Shown in pieces: positions 12,117 through 22,458 of a DNA stretch of 64,000 nt. Below the pieces are notes generated by a model. That model was not told where the DNA came from, did not search any database, and was given only the letters and a program-made list of their open reading frames with translations. Source of the DNA: Prochlorococcus sp. AG-402-A08. Lineage in GTDB: Bacteria > Cyanobacteriota > Cyanobacteriia > PCC-6307 > Cyanobiaceae. Made by a program: the position numbers and the translations under genes. Position 1 is the first letter of the stretch. Every line of letters begins with the position of its first letter. The DNA lies in NCBI GenBank assembly GCA_003279585.1, contig QCHH01000005.1, positions 8,209-72,208 on the forward strand, written 5' to 3'.

Positions 12117-12486
12117 GAGTTAAATAAACGCCAGCTAAAAGGTCAATCTGTAATGAGAAAGACTTGGAATCTGAATTAAATCGCCTATCTAGCCAAAAAA
12201 GTTGAAGTTAATTGAAGTTCAATTTATTTGGAAAAATGCTAGCGACAATCAGCAGGCTGAGACTTTTCTAAACTTTTCACAAAGTTCAAAGAGTATCTCG
12301 ACAAAAGAAAATAAATTCTTATGCACTGGCCAAAAAGACTAAACGCAAACGCCTAATCTGCTCAAGCGTCTAGAGGCCCGGCTAGCGGTCGGGCATAGAA
12401 AAGCTTTAGCAACTTAAAAGATTACACTATTAACACCCATTTTGTGTGATGCTTCAGTTGAATAAGATAAAGAATTTGATTTAAGG

Positions 12487-12951
12487 ATGCCTTTATTACT
12501 CTCTGGTCAGAAATTTCGCACTGATCTTGAATCATTCGGCTGCCTTGCCATCCTTAGCCCATTAGAAGGTGGAGCAGAAACTCGTTTACTTCGAAGACTT
12601 AGAGCAAGCGGATATCAAACACAGATAACTTCCGCTAGAGGATTTGGAGATCCAGTTGTCTTTCTTACCCAATTACATGGAATCAGACCACCACATTTGG
12701 GACATCAAAATGTTGGGAGAAATGGGGCCTTAGGAGAAGTTCAACAAGTTATTCCTCAATTAAATGAATTGTTAGTCGAAGATAAACCCTTGGTTCTATG
12801 GTTATTAGAAGGTCAAGTCCTCTCCAATTCAGAACTATTAGCAATAAATAATCTCTGCCAAAAGGAACCTCGAATCAAAATTGTTATTGAGATGGGAGGG
12901 GCTCGAAGTATTAAATGGCAACCATTAAGTGAATTCATCAATGGAGATTAG
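12487..12951 (+). CDS. ndhN: NDH-1 complex subunit N
   Basis: [29 protein letters not shown]; divergent from rplC as usual in cyanobacteria. Confidence 0.93.
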   Translation: MPLLLSGQKFRTDLESFGCLAILSPLEGGAETRLLRRLRASGYQTQITSARGFGDPVVFLTQLHGIRPPHLGHQNVGRNGALGEVQQVIPQLNELLVEDKPLVLWLLEGQVLSNSELLAINNLCQKEPRIKIVIEMGGARSIKWQPLSEFINGD

Positions 12952-12963
12952 AAATTAATCCAG

Positions 12964-13986
12964 GTGATTACTCAAAATTCGATTTGCAATTCTGAAGCTC
13001 TCAAAAAAGGTAACTGGGTAAAATTAATTTGTGGCGCAAGTAATCAAGACTTACCTGCAATAAATGATCTTTGCTCAATTTATGGGGCTGCAGGGGTGCA
13101 TTGCATTGACCTCGCTGCCGACGAAGCTGTTATCCATGCAGCTCGCAATGCGATTGATTGGGTTTTCGAGACTTATGGAAAAAAACCGTGGCTGATGATC
13201 AGCTTAAGTGATGGAAAAGATGCACATTTTCGCAAAGCTTGGTTTAATCCAGATCTATGTCCTTCGAATTGCTTAAGACCCTGTCAAAGCATTTGTCCAG
13301 CTCACGCGATTGAAAACGAAGGTGGTGTAAATGCTCATAAATGCTATGGATGTGGCCGATGTATTGATACATGCCCATTAGGAATTATTCAAGAAAAGGA
13401 TCGAAGATTAACTCTGAAAGATTTTGCTCCGTTGTTAAAAACTATCAGACCAGATGCAGTAGAAATTCATACTGCTCCAGGAAGAGGCCAAGAATTTGAA
13501 AAAACAATCAAAGAAATTTTGAAAGTCGATCTTGAGTTAGAAAGATTATCTGTCAGCTGTGGTTTACAAGGGCATGGAATAAACCATGAAAAATTAGCAG
13601 AAGAACTTTGGCTGCGACATAAATTCCTGAGAATTCATAATCAAAAACCTCTTTGGCAAATTGATGGGCGTCGAATGAGTGGAGATCTTGGAGAAGGTGC
13701 GGCCAAAATTGCAGTAAAACTCTGGGAAAGAATACGACCAATAGCTCCACCAGGCCCCTTACAACTTGCTGGAGGGACTAATGAATCGACCATTAAGTAC
13801 CTACCAGAGATTAAGGGGCCTGAAGGAGTTGCTTTTGGAGGGCAAGCAAGGAAGATAATCCAACCATGGTTAGAAGAAGCTCAACAAAAAAGAATTAGTC
13901 TTAGAGAATGGCCTGCAGGCTGGGAGGCGGCTCTTGCAGAGGCAAAACGACTAATAAATCCTTGGCTTGTAAGAAAATCTTTATAA
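12964..13986 (+). CDS. ldpA: light-dependent period protein LdpA (2x[4Fe-4S])
   Basis: WVKLICGAS, CPSNCLRPCQSICP and CYGCGRCIDTCP ferredoxin motifs, QIDGRRMSGD, QLAGGTN. Confidence 0.92.
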   Translation: MITQNSICNSEALKKGNWVKLICGASNQDLPAINDLCSIYGAAGVHCIDLAADEAVIHAARNAIDWVFETYGKKPWLMISLSDGKDAHFRKAWFNPDLCPSNCLRPCQSICPAHAIENEGGVNAHKCYGCGRCIDTCPLGIIQEKDRRLTLKDFAPLLKTIRPDAVEIHTAPGRGQEFEKTIKEILKVDLELERLSVSCGLQGHGINHEKLAEELWLRHKFLRIHNQKPLWQIDGRRMSGDLGEGAAKIAVKLWERIRPIAPPGPLQLAGGTNESTIKYLPEIKGPEGVAFGGQARKIIQPWLEEAQQKRISLREWPAGWEAALAEAKRLINPWLVRKSL

Positions 13987-14169
13987 TTGGATTTCCCCTA
14001 GCTAAATCAATCATTCGAAAACCCTCGTTGAGCTCTATTAATGAAGAAATCTTCCGATTAACTAAAAAAAACTGGATAAAGACATGACAGGATTGAATCA
14101 AATATGCAATTATCTAATAGAAAGAATCCAAATCTATGTCTTTCAATTGCAAAGATAGATCTGGAACAG

Positions 14170-14241
14170 TGGGCCGTCGCCAAGTGGTAAGGCATCGGGT
14201 TTTGGTCTCGACATTCCTAGGTTCGAATCCTAGCGGCCCAG
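14170..14241 (+). tRNA. tRNA-Gln(TTG)
   Basis: TGGGCCG/CGGCCCA acceptor stem, anticodon arm TCGGG-TT TTG GT-CTCGA, GTTCGAATC T-loop. Confidence 0.97.
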
Positions 14242-14254
14242 TTTTCAAACATTA

Positions 14255-15034
14255 GTGATAGAGAAACCTCTACTTGTTCTTGATTTTGATGGCGTCATCG
14301 TTGACGGCATCGAGGAGTATTGGTCAAGTTCTCGCCAAACTTGTCTAAATATCCTTTCTGCCAAAGAAAAAGAAATTATTTCTTTTCCTAGTGAGATTCC
14401 AAAAGCTTTTAAGGCCATGAGGCCATGGGTTCATCATGGTTGGGAAATGGTTATTCTGGCTGCTGAATGTTCAAATAAAACTAGTCAATTAAACTTAAAA
14501 GGTTTACAAGATTTTTCAAGAAATTATCAAATAGAATGCTCCTTAGCTCTTAAAAAATGGGGTTGGACACCTTTGCAATTACAAGAAGCTTTAAATCAAA
14601 CTAGAAGAGAAGCAATATCAAATAATTTCAATCAGTGGTTAAATTTTCATCAGCCTTTTTCTTTAGTCACTCAACGCCTAAAGACACTTGAAAAGGAAGA
14701 CATTGAATTTGCTATTTTAACAACAAAAAGTATTGAGTTCACAAAAAAACTTTTGCATTGTTTCGATCTTCAACCAAAGCTTGTTTTCGGGCACGAATCA
14801 GGAAGTAAAGCCGATGTCTTGAACGAACTCTTACAGGAAAGAATAATTCTAGGGTTTATCGAAGATCGTAGAACTACCTTAGAAAAAATTTTGGAAGATA
14901 CAAAACTGAAATCTATTCCTTGTTACCTAGCCAGCTGGGGATACTTGAAACCTAAGGATCGAAATAATCTTCCTTCCGGCATTAAATTACTAAATTTAGA
15001 TACTTTACGAGAACCTATTTCGAAGTGGTCTTGA
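14255..15034 (+). CDS. HAD-superfamily hydrolase
   Basis: DFDGVIVD motif I, LTTK motif II, FIEDR, WGY. Confidence 0.88.
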   Translation: MIEKPLLVLDFDGVIVDGIEEYWSSSRQTCLNILSAKEKEIISFPSEIPKAFKAMRPWVHHGWEMVILAAECSNKTSQLNLKGLQDFSRNYQIECSLALKKWGWTPLQLQEALNQTRREAISNNFNQWLNFHQPFSLVTQRLKTLEKEDIEFAILTTKSIEFTKKLLHCFDLQPKLVFGHESGSKADVLNELLQERIILGFIEDRRTTLEKILEDTKLKSIPCYLASWGYLKPKDRNNLPSGIKLLNLDTLREPISKWS

Positions 15035-15058
15035 CTTAATAGCGTACGTCTGTACTAT
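15031..15058 (+). promoter_or_regulatory. recA promoter with overlapping cyanobacterial LexA (SOS) box
   Basis: TTGACT (15031-36), 16 bp, TACTAT (15053-58); CGTACGTCTGTACT at 15043-56 fits RGTAC-N3-DGTWCB except the first base. Confidence 0.7.
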
Positions 15059-15146
15059 CGGTTTAATTACTATTCGTTGAGGAACTGAGTATTTCATCAT
15101 CAATCCCAACGTCTTTTGTCATCTCTCTGAATTAACGTTATTTGTC

Positions 15147-16280
15147 ATGTCAAACGAAGGTAAATCACTCCAATCCACTGAATCTAAGAAAATAGACGCA
15201 AAATTTGGAGAAAAAGAGAAAGCATTGAGCTTAGTGGTTGGGCAAATAGAACGCAATTTCGGAAAGGGTTCCATCATGCGTCTTGGGGACGCATCAAAGA
15301 TGCGAGTAGAAACAATATCTACTGGTGCTTTAACTCTTGATTTAGCTCTTGGTGGCGGCTATCCCAAAGGACGTGTAATCGAAGTTTATGGTCCCGAAAG
15401 TTCTGGGAAAACAACGCTGACATTGCATGCGATAGCTGAAATTCAACGTAACGGCGGAGTTGCTGCATTTGTAGATGCAGAACATGCTCTTGACCCAGTC
15501 TATGCAGCTTCTCTTGGTGTTGATGTAGAAAATCTTCTCGTATCTCAGCCGGATACAGGAGAAATGGCATTAGAAATAGTTGACCAACTTATTAGATCTG
15601 CAGCAGTCGATCTAGTTGTTGTTGATTCAGTCGCTGCTCTTACTCCCCGTTCAGAGATAGAAGGAGAAATGGGTGATCATTCCGTAGGTGCTCAAGCTCG
15701 TCTAATGAGTCAAGCAATGAGAAAAATTACTGGAAATATTGGCAAGTCTGGGTGCACAGTAATTTTCTTAAATCAATTACGTCTAAAAATTGGTATTACA
15801 TATGGGAATCCAGAAACAACAACCGGTGGAAACGCTCTTAAATTTTATGCCTCTGTAAGATTAGATATTCGTCGTATTCAAACATTAAAGAGAGGAACTG
15901 AAGAATACGGAATTCGTGCAAAAGTGAAAGTCGCAAAAAACAAAGTTGCACCTCCATTTCGAATAGCCGAATTTGATATTCTTTTTGGAAAAGGAATTAG
16001 TACTCTTGGTTGTCTTCTTGATTTAGCAGATGAGACTAGTGTCGTTACTCGCAAAGGAGCTTGGTATAGCTATGAAGGTGACAATATTGGTCAAGGAAGA
16101 GACAATACGATTACTTGGCTTGAACAAAATCCTGAATCAAAAGAAATAATTGAAAAATTAGTTAAAGACAAATTAACTGAGGGCTCAGAAGTAAGTGCTA
16201 ATTCAATGAGGCCATTAGCAGCAGCAGCTCGAAACGCTTCATTACGACCAAGCCTAAGCCAAGTTTCAGCGAACGGTTAA
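15147..16280 (+). CDS. recA: recombinase A
   Basis: [31 protein letters not shown]. Confidence 0.99.
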   Translation: MSNEGKSLQSTESKKIDAKFGEKEKALSLVVGQIERNFGKGSIMRLGDASKMRVETISTGALTLDLALGGGYPKGRVIEVYGPESSGKTTLTLHAIAEIQRNGGVAAFVDAEHALDPVYAASLGVDVENLLVSQPDTGEMALEIVDQLIRSAAVDLVVVDSVAALTPRSEIEGEMGDHSVGAQARLMSQAMRKITGNIGKSGCTVIFLNQLRLKIGITYGNPETTTGGNALKFYASVRLDIRRIQTLKRGTEEYGIRAKVKVAKNKVAPPFRIAEFDILFGKGISTLGCLLDLADETSVVTRKGAWYSYEGDNIGQGRDNTITWLEQNPESKEIIEKLVKDKLTEGSEVSANSMRPLAAAARNASLRPSLSQVSANG

Positions 16281-16300
16281 AGGTACAAACATACTGGGTT

Positions 16301-16540
16301 TTATCTGATGTCTGCAGGAATCCACCACCCTGCGGCAGGTCCAATAAAACGAACAATAATCCAAAGAATAACTAACGCTGCAATACCTACCCATCCTGCA
16401 CGAATACTTAATTGTATAAATTTATCTCTTTGCGCTTGCGTAACAGGAAACCAAGAAACAATACGAGGTGACTCATTCCTAGAGTTTTTCTTACTACGAG
16501 GTTTTAAGCCTTGTTCAGATCTTCGACGAGCTTCTCCCAT
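16301..16540 (-). CDS. DUF2839-like small membrane protein
   Basis: MGEARRR start and RFIGPAAGWW C-terminus typical of this cyanobacterial family; one TM helix. Confidence 0.8.
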   Translation of the reverse strand: MGEARRRSEQGLKPRSKKNSRNESPRIVSWFPVTQAQRDKFIQLSIRAGWVGIAALVILWIIVRFIGPAAGWWIPADIR

Positions 16541-16578
16541 TATAAGAAAACAATATTTTTTAATCTAAGAGATTGATT

Positions 16579-18027
16579 TTAATAAGGCAATAAACGCTCT
16601 AAAGCAACCCACGGCTCAAGAGCTTCAAATATTAGTTTTCCCCAACTTCTATAGTGCATGCGACCGTCAAGTATAGCGACTCGTGTATCTTTACCCCTGA
16701 TAATTGCAAGGGATTTGAGAAGGATAGTAAGTGTTTCGGGGAAGAGAAATTCTCGAAACCAGTCACGACCTTGATGCTTAAGCATTTCAACTTTAGCGGC
16801 AATCCAAGGTGACTCTAAAGTAGGCAATGGAATTACTGGGAAAATCAGTTGATCTGGTGTCGGCAAATTGTACTGATTAATAATCCACCAATTACAACTA
16901 CAACAAATAATCCCATTAGTCTCAATATCAGTAGTTTCATGAACTACTCTCAATCCAAATTCTCCAGCCAATTCACTAGTTATCTGAAGTCGTAATTGTA
17001 AATCATCTACTAAAATAATAGTTGAATAAATACGACCAAGGATTAACCTTTGACACTGTCTTATAATATGACAATAAAAATGAGACGTATTGGGCAAAGG
17101 TTGTCTTTTAGGAACAAATAATGAAATAGGTTCTTGATCAAATTTATTTCCTAAATTTACCTTAACATTAAAAGTAGATTTTTTACTATTTAAATCTAAA
17201 CAGAAAGAATCGCTTTGACCTGTATTAGTCAGCATTAAAAAAGTATTTTTCGATAACAGACCCGAGAGAGTTTGCAAAGGAAGCAAAGGTTGAATATACC
17301 AATCCCAACTAAGTTTTCGATTATCTAGTTTCGCCCAGGTTACCCATTCATTGCTGACCACATTAAGAGCTCGTTTCCAAGGCATTGCGGAAGGCAATTC
17401 ATCTTTGAGAATTTCTTTTAATACTAAAAGTTCCCTACAATCAATTCTTACGACACCCTCAGAACTTACTGACTGACTGAAAAGACTTCGGCTTAGGCGC
17501 CTATGAACTTCAATAATTGAAGCTTCAAAACGTGAGTGAGAAGAAATTAAATCCTCCCAATCTTTTGGAGTAATTTTAAGAGACATAGCTTCTCTAAGCT
17601 CATTAGAAATAAACTCAGATTCAGGAAAAATTAATTGGCGATTCTTTAATAAATCTTTTTCATTTGCAAAAATAAGATCTTCGTATCTTAAAACCCAAAT
17701 TTTTTTATCTGAGGGAGTGAATTCAATTCCTTCTACATAATCGAAACCTAATCGACTAGATCTTAACTTTGGTAATTCCACATCAAACAACAGTCGATAT
17801 TGTCTCTCTGAAAGAATCAGCACAATATTATTGTTATACAAGCAAAGTGGAATCAAAAGACCAGGCCACCAAAAATTTTTACTATCACTTGTTAGTTGAA
17901 TGAAAGTATTATCTTTACGACTTAAACTTCTAGATATCAATCTTGTTAGGGTCAAATTATGAGGCCATCGAGCAAGATTGTTTTGATAGTATTTTTTTAA
18001 ATGTTTATGTGAATTCACCTCAAGCAT
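16579..18027 (-). CDS. DinG-like helicase C-terminal domain protein (degenerate ATPase motifs)
   Basis: WPHNLTLTRL, LPTLESP, DWFREFLFP, VAILDGR resemble the cyanobacterial DinG-related family. Confidence 0.7.
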   Translation of the reverse strand: MLEVNSHKHLKKYYQNNLARWPHNLTLTRLISRSLSRKDNTFIQLTSDSKNFWWPGLLIPLCLYNNNIVLILSERQYRLLFDVELPKLRSSRLGFDYVEGIEFTPSDKKIWVLRYEDLIFANEKDLLKNRQLIFPESEFISNELREAMSLKITPKDWEDLISSHSRFEASIIEVHRRLSRSLFSQSVSSEGVVRIDCRELLVLKEILKDELPSAMPWKRALNVVSNEWVTWAKLDNRKLSWDWYIQPLLPLQTLSGLLSKNTFLMLTNTGQSDSFCLDLNSKKSTFNVKVNLGNKFDQEPISLFVPKRQPLPNTSHFYCHIIRQCQRLILGRIYSTIILVDDLQLRLQITSELAGEFGLRVVHETTDIETNGIICCSCNWWIINQYNLPTPDQLIFPVIPLPTLESPWIAAKVEMLKHQGRDWFREFLFPETLTILLKSLAIIRGKDTRVAILDGRMHYRSWGKLIFEALEPWVALERLLPY

Positions 18028-18100
18028 TAGTAGTACCTTTTATCAATAAATTCTTTTAATCATGTTGCCCTATCAATAAAGATATAGAACAATACTGCTT

Positions 18101-18961
18101 ATGAAGCTTAAAACAAAACCCTCTAAAAATATCGGAATTGTTGGATTAGGTCTAATTGGAGGCTCCTTAGGCTTAGATCTCCAAAAGCTTGGATATACAG
18201 TTCATGGGATTACTCACCGAAAAAAAACTGCCCAAAAAGCCAGAGAAAGAAAACTAGCCCAAATTGTTAGTACTGATCCAAGTGTTTTAAAAGATTGTTC
18301 TCTTATTTATATTGCTTTACCACTTGAGCAGCTCCTAAATCCTTCATCAGCTTTAATCAATGCCATTCCAAGAAATGCTGTTGTAACCGATGTTGGATCA
18401 GTAAAAGTCCCTATTTTAAATACTTGGAACAAGCTTCATCCACGTTTTGTAGCCAGTCATCCAATGACAGGGACAGAAGAATCAGGCGTTAACGCAGGTC
18501 AACATAATTTATTTAAAAATAAGCCATGGGTAGTTACTCCAAATAAAGAAACTGATCAAAAAGCCCTCGAAATAGTGCGCCAAATTTCTTTGTCACTGGG
18601 GAGTCAATGGATTAGCTCTGAAGCTCAAATACATGATGAAGCTGTTAGCTTGATTTCACATTTGCCAGTTCTAATTAGCGCAGCATTACTCAATACGCTC
18701 GGTACAGATGTAAAGCCTTCCTTATATTCACTTGCAAAAAGTATCGCATCCAGTGGGTTTGCTGATACCTCTAGGGTCGGAGGTGGCAACCCAGAGCTAG
18801 GAGTCTCTATGGCAAAATTTAACAAGAAAAATATAGAGAAACATTTGACATCTTATAGACATTCTCTAGATCTTTTTGAAAAATATTTACTTGAAGAGAA
18901 CTGGAATGAACTCGAAAAGATACTAGTCAATACACAGGAAAAAAGACAGGATTTTATTTAA
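18101..18961 (+). CDS. tyrA: prephenate/arogenate dehydrogenase
   Basis: GLGLIGGS, TDVGSVK, HPMTGTE, SHLP, GFADTSRVGG. Confidence 0.93.
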   Translation: MKLKTKPSKNIGIVGLGLIGGSLGLDLQKLGYTVHGITHRKKTAQKARERKLAQIVSTDPSVLKDCSLIYIALPLEQLLNPSSALINAIPRNAVVTDVGSVKVPILNTWNKLHPRFVASHPMTGTEESGVNAGQHNLFKNKPWVVTPNKETDQKALEIVRQISLSLGSQWISSEAQIHDEAVSLISHLPVLISAALLNTLGTDVKPSLYSLAKSIASSGFADTSRVGGGNPELGVSMAKFNKKNIEKHLTSYRHSLDLFEKYLLEENWNELEKILVNTQEKRQDFI

Positions 18962-18968
18962 ACATCTA

Positions 18969-20486
18969 CTAATTAAAAACAGGGATATTCAAATGTCTAC
19001 CTTTGCATTCCATTAGTTGTCTGACAACCATCATGGCTGATTGGCTTACGCCAGCTGTACCTTCGCCAGGATATATTGAATCTCCACAAAGCCATAAACC
19101 TCTAAGAGGAGTTCTACTTGACAATCCATAAGGGCCAAATTGATCTGGATGTTGACCAAGGCCTCCCACTATTCCTCCAGGACGCCCTGTCCACCTTTCA
19201 AAGCTTCTTGGAGTTGAGAGTTCTTGATGATCCCAACTCGTCTCAAGCAAATCAAACTTTTTATTTAAAATAGTTCTAATCTGTTTTGATAAAATATTCT
19301 TTTTTCTGTCATAGGATTGACTGTCTAGATTAGACCATTGATGAATATCAACAAATACACTTGCGATTAAAGTAGCCATTCCAACTGGTGCACGTTGATC
19401 ATCTTCCATACTTATAGAAATAAATAAAGAGCCAAAATTCTCATCAAATATTTGAATATGACCTGGACAATTAACTGGTAAATCAGCACGACGGACAGCG
19501 CCGTAGAACACAAGGGCACCACTAGGTTTAGGTAATTTTTTTATACTTTCACGATATTTTGTGGATAAACCTCCATTAATAGGAATTAAATCTAATAGAG
19601 ATTGAGGAGGCAAGCTACAAACAATATCTGACGCTTTCAGCTTTATCAAATTCTTTCTTTTGTCAATTATATCGACATCAAAAATATTGGTATTTTTTTT
19701 ACTTAAAATTTTGGTCACTCTATGACCAGTTAAAAGTTTTCCACTATCCCTTAAAAAGCTATCTTTCAACCTATCGCTAAGGATTTGCATTGATCCATGA
19801 AGATGCCAAAGTCCTCTAGGAGATTGGGCCATTTGCAGAACAGTTGCACCGTATAAAGCTGCTGTTCTACTTGCTGGCTCTTGAGAGTAAAGTTTTAATT
19901 GAAGGTCTAGAAAACTACATAGACGTCTATCTTTATGACAACCAGTTATTGTAAGTAAGTCTAAAATAGTCAACTTACTCAACAAACCTGTTAACAGATT
20001 TGAAGGACGTATGGCTCTAATTAATTGACTTAAATCCCAGAAATTTCTTACCGGAAGTATTGGATCTCTTTCTACAAATTCCCAGTTACTTTCGTGAATT
20101 TTAGAACATAATGACCAGAAGATTTCACTCCCAGGAAACTGTTCTTGCCTTTCTTTCTGCCATCTCAATGGATCATGCCAAAGGTTAATTGGCCCACTCC
20201 CATCACCAAGAAAAACTGAACATCCAGGATCTAAAATTTTTGCATCAGGTAACGGAATATCTAAATAATTAAATAAACGATGATGAATTCCTCCCCTCTC
20301 AAGCCCTGCGACTTGGGTGGCGCCTACATCAAAAGTATAAGAACCCCTTTTGAAAGTTCCTGCACAACCACCTAATTGACTATGCGCTTCGACCAAAGTT
20401 ACCTGAAAACCCTCTTTAGAGAGAAGAGCCGCAGCTGTTAAGCCCGCTATCCCTCCTCCAACGACAATGATAGATTCTTCAGACAT
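18969..20486 (-). CDS. crtD: CrtD-like carotenoid desaturase (FAD oxidoreductase)
   Basis: GGGIAGL, FDVGATQVAG, LCGDSIYPGEGTAGVS. Confidence 0.78.
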   Translation of the reverse strand: MSEESIIVVGGGIAGLTAAALLSKEGFQVTLVEAHSQLGGCAGTFKRGSYTFDVGATQVAGLERGGIHHRLFNYLDIPLPDAKILDPGCSVFLGDGSGPINLWHDPLRWQKERQEQFPGSEIFWSLCSKIHESNWEFVERDPILPVRNFWDLSQLIRAIRPSNLLTGLLSKLTILDLLTITGCHKDRRLCSFLDLQLKLYSQEPASRTAALYGATVLQMAQSPRGLWHLHGSMQILSDRLKDSFLRDSGKLLTGHRVTKILSKKNTNIFDVDIIDKRKNLIKLKASDIVCSLPPQSLLDLIPINGGLSTKYRESIKKLPKPSGALVFYGAVRRADLPVNCPGHIQIFDENFGSLFISISMEDDQRAPVGMATLIASVFVDIHQWSNLDSQSYDRKKNILSKQIRTILNKKFDLLETSWDHQELSTPRSFERWTGRPGGIVGGLGQHPDQFGPYGLSSRTPLRGLWLCGDSIYPGEGTAGVSQSAMMVVRQLMECKGRHLNIPVFN

Positions 20487-20514
20487 AAAAAATTATCAAG
20501 CGAGAATACAGTGA

Positions 20515-21402
20515 ATGGAGGAATTAATCCAAAAGGCTCTTTCAAGTTCAAATAAAGTAAGCAAAAACTCACTAATAGAAAAAATAATTCCAGTAGGCGG
20601 AGGCTGTATCCATAAAGCTTGGTGCATTTATTTACAAAATGACACGAGAGTTTTTGCCAAATCAAATCATATTGACAATATTAATATGTTTAAGTTTGAA
20701 CGTGAGTGTCTTTACGCTCTAAAAAGGTTTGCTGATACATCGTATATCTGTGTACCTAAACCACTTGATCTAATAATTTATCAAAATATATCTATCCTTT
20801 TTTTAGAATGGATAGATCTCAAGCAATCCCAACAAAATCTTCTTGGAAAAGGCTTAGCACTGCTGCACAAATCTTCGAGTGAATTGAACCAAAAAAATTT
20901 CGGATGGGAAGAAGAAGGTTTTATAGGTTCTAATATCCAAATGAGAGGGTGGGAAAGTAACTGGGGCGAATTCTTTGTAAACTATCGTCTTAGACCACAA
21001 CTTATACAAGCAAAAGAATGGGGAATTAGGATTGATGATTATGAGGATGTTTTAGTATATTTAAGTTCGTATCTGAATGATCATCACCCAAGGATCTCAT
21101 TAGTTCATGGTGATCTATGGTCTGGTAATTGTGGAAGTACGTCAAGGGGTTTAGGAAGTTTATATGACCCTGCAAGTTATTGGGCTGATAGAGAAGTTGA
21201 TATCTCAATGACTAAATTATTTGGTGGTTTTAATAGTGAGTTTTACAAAGGATACGAAGAGGTTTGGCCACTAGATAAATTTTCAAAAGATAGAACAGAT
21301 ATTTATAATCTTTACCATTTGCTTAATCACGCAAATATGTTTGGTGGATCATACAAAGAAAATTCATTAAGAATATTAAAAGATCTGAGATCTCGTGTGT
21401 AA
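20515..21402 (+). CDS. fructosamine kinase family protein
   Basis: VGGGCI, LVHGDLWSGN, DPASYWADRE, YHLLNH. Confidence 0.92.
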   Translation: MEELIQKALSSSNKVSKNSLIEKIIPVGGGCIHKAWCIYLQNDTRVFAKSNHIDNINMFKFERECLYALKRFADTSYICVPKPLDLIIYQNISILFLEWIDLKQSQQNLLGKGLALLHKSSSELNQKNFGWEEEGFIGSNIQMRGWESNWGEFFVNYRLRPQLIQAKEWGIRIDDYEDVLVYLSSYLNDHHPRISLVHGDLWSGNCGSTSRGLGSLYDPASYWADREVDISMTKLFGGFNSEFYKGYEEVWPLDKFSKDRTDIYNLYHLLNHANMFGGSYKENSLRILKDLRSRV

Positions 21403-21417
21403 CGAAACCTCAGATCT
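21381..21417. terminator. stem-loop between convergent genes
   Basis: AGATCTGAG...CTCAGATCT 9-bp inverted repeat with inner TCGT/ACGA pairing. Confidence 0.55.
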
Positions 21418-21436
21418 GTTGTTATCTCTTCTTAAT

Positions 21437-21799
21437 TTATCCTAAGTACTCTTTTTTAAGATTTTGAACTTTATCAAATACAGCTGTTCTTTTTTCACTC
21501 GTTGTTAAGTTCTGCCAACTCCATTGGCCTAAAACAACAATTCCAAGAAGTTCTAGCAATCCAGGAAGAATTGGGAAAAAATTAACTGTATCAATAACAA
21601 CCTTGATTAAAACTTGAGCCAAAACAACAACAGCGACGATTCCTGCCGCCTTGCCATACTTACCCATTTGAGTCCAATCAATTTTGCTCAAAGATTCATT
21701 AACTTTTCCCATTACGTCACTGTAACGTTCTGAAAAATTAACACCTTCTGTTTTACCTGCCTTTGATTCATCTTTAGAATCAGGATTTACATCAGACAT
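21437..21799 (-). CDS. CAAD/CURT1-like thylakoid membrane protein
   Basis: PILPGLLELLG motif, two TM helices, C-terminal amphipathic segment; ATG at 21799. Confidence 0.82.
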   Translation of the reverse strand: MSDVNPDSKDESKAGKTEGVNFSERYSDVMGKVNESLSKIDWTQMGKYGKAAGIVAVVVLAQVLIKVVIDTVNFFPILPGLLELLGIVVLGQWSWQNLTTSEKRTAVFDKVQNLKKEYLG

Positions 21800-21922
21800 G
21801 AACACAAGCTACGAAGCAAATATGGACTGAGCGTATCGAATTAATTTAATAAATGCCATAGGCTGAATAGAGATAAGTCCGAACCAAAATGGAGAGGATG
21901 CCGAATCCAATCATTTTTTTTC

Positions 21923-22435
21923 ATGAAAATTCCAGAATATATTGAATTCCATAACGAAACGAATTGTATTCTCTCAAGATTTTTTAAGGCGGCAGAGCCA
22001 GAGGAAGGCTGTTGTATGTTAATTGGAAAAACAAACAGCTCTGCTAAAGATCAAAAAAGAAATGTTTGGGAGGTCACTCACATCTGGAATTGTAGAAATA
22101 TTTGGGGAGAACAAGAATCGAAATTAATTGATCACAAGATTAGAGCGTTTTACAATCGAAAAAATATGAAATTGTCCAAAAATAATCGCTTCGAAATTGA
22201 CGCTAAAGATCAAATTGCATCTCAGAAATGGGCAAGAGAGAATGATCTAGAAATTTTATGCAGTGCACACTCTCATCCTTCAGGTGAAAACAAACCGTCA
22301 GAAATTGATTTATGCTTACACCAATCTCCTGGTCTTATGGTTATTTCAAATGGGAATGGAGATTTAAAAGCATGGTGGATCAAAAATAAATTAAACTTTC
22401 ATAGCGTGAATATTGAGATTTTTTCTTTAACGTAA
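21923..22435 (+). CDS. JAB/MPN (M67) metallopeptidase
   Basis: PEEGC glutamate and HSHP...PSEID JAMM motif. Confidence 0.88.
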   Translation: MKIPEYIEFHNETNCILSRFFKAAEPEEGCCMLIGKTNSSAKDQKRNVWEVTHIWNCRNIWGEQESKLIDHKIRAFYNRKNMKLSKNNRFEIDAKDQIASQKWARENDLEILCSAHSHPSGENKPSEIDLCLHQSPGLMVISNGNGDLKAWWIKNKLNFHSVNIEIFSLT

Positions 22436-22458
22436 ATTAATCATGCAAGGTTTGATTA

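Noticed and set aside
13901-14101. 66-aa minus ORF in the ldpA-tRNA-Gln spacer
   Set aside because: Overlaps ldpA, TTG start, no motif; a gene remnant could not be supported
16308-16568. 86-aa plus-strand ORF
   Set aside because: Antisense to the recognisable DUF2839-like gene
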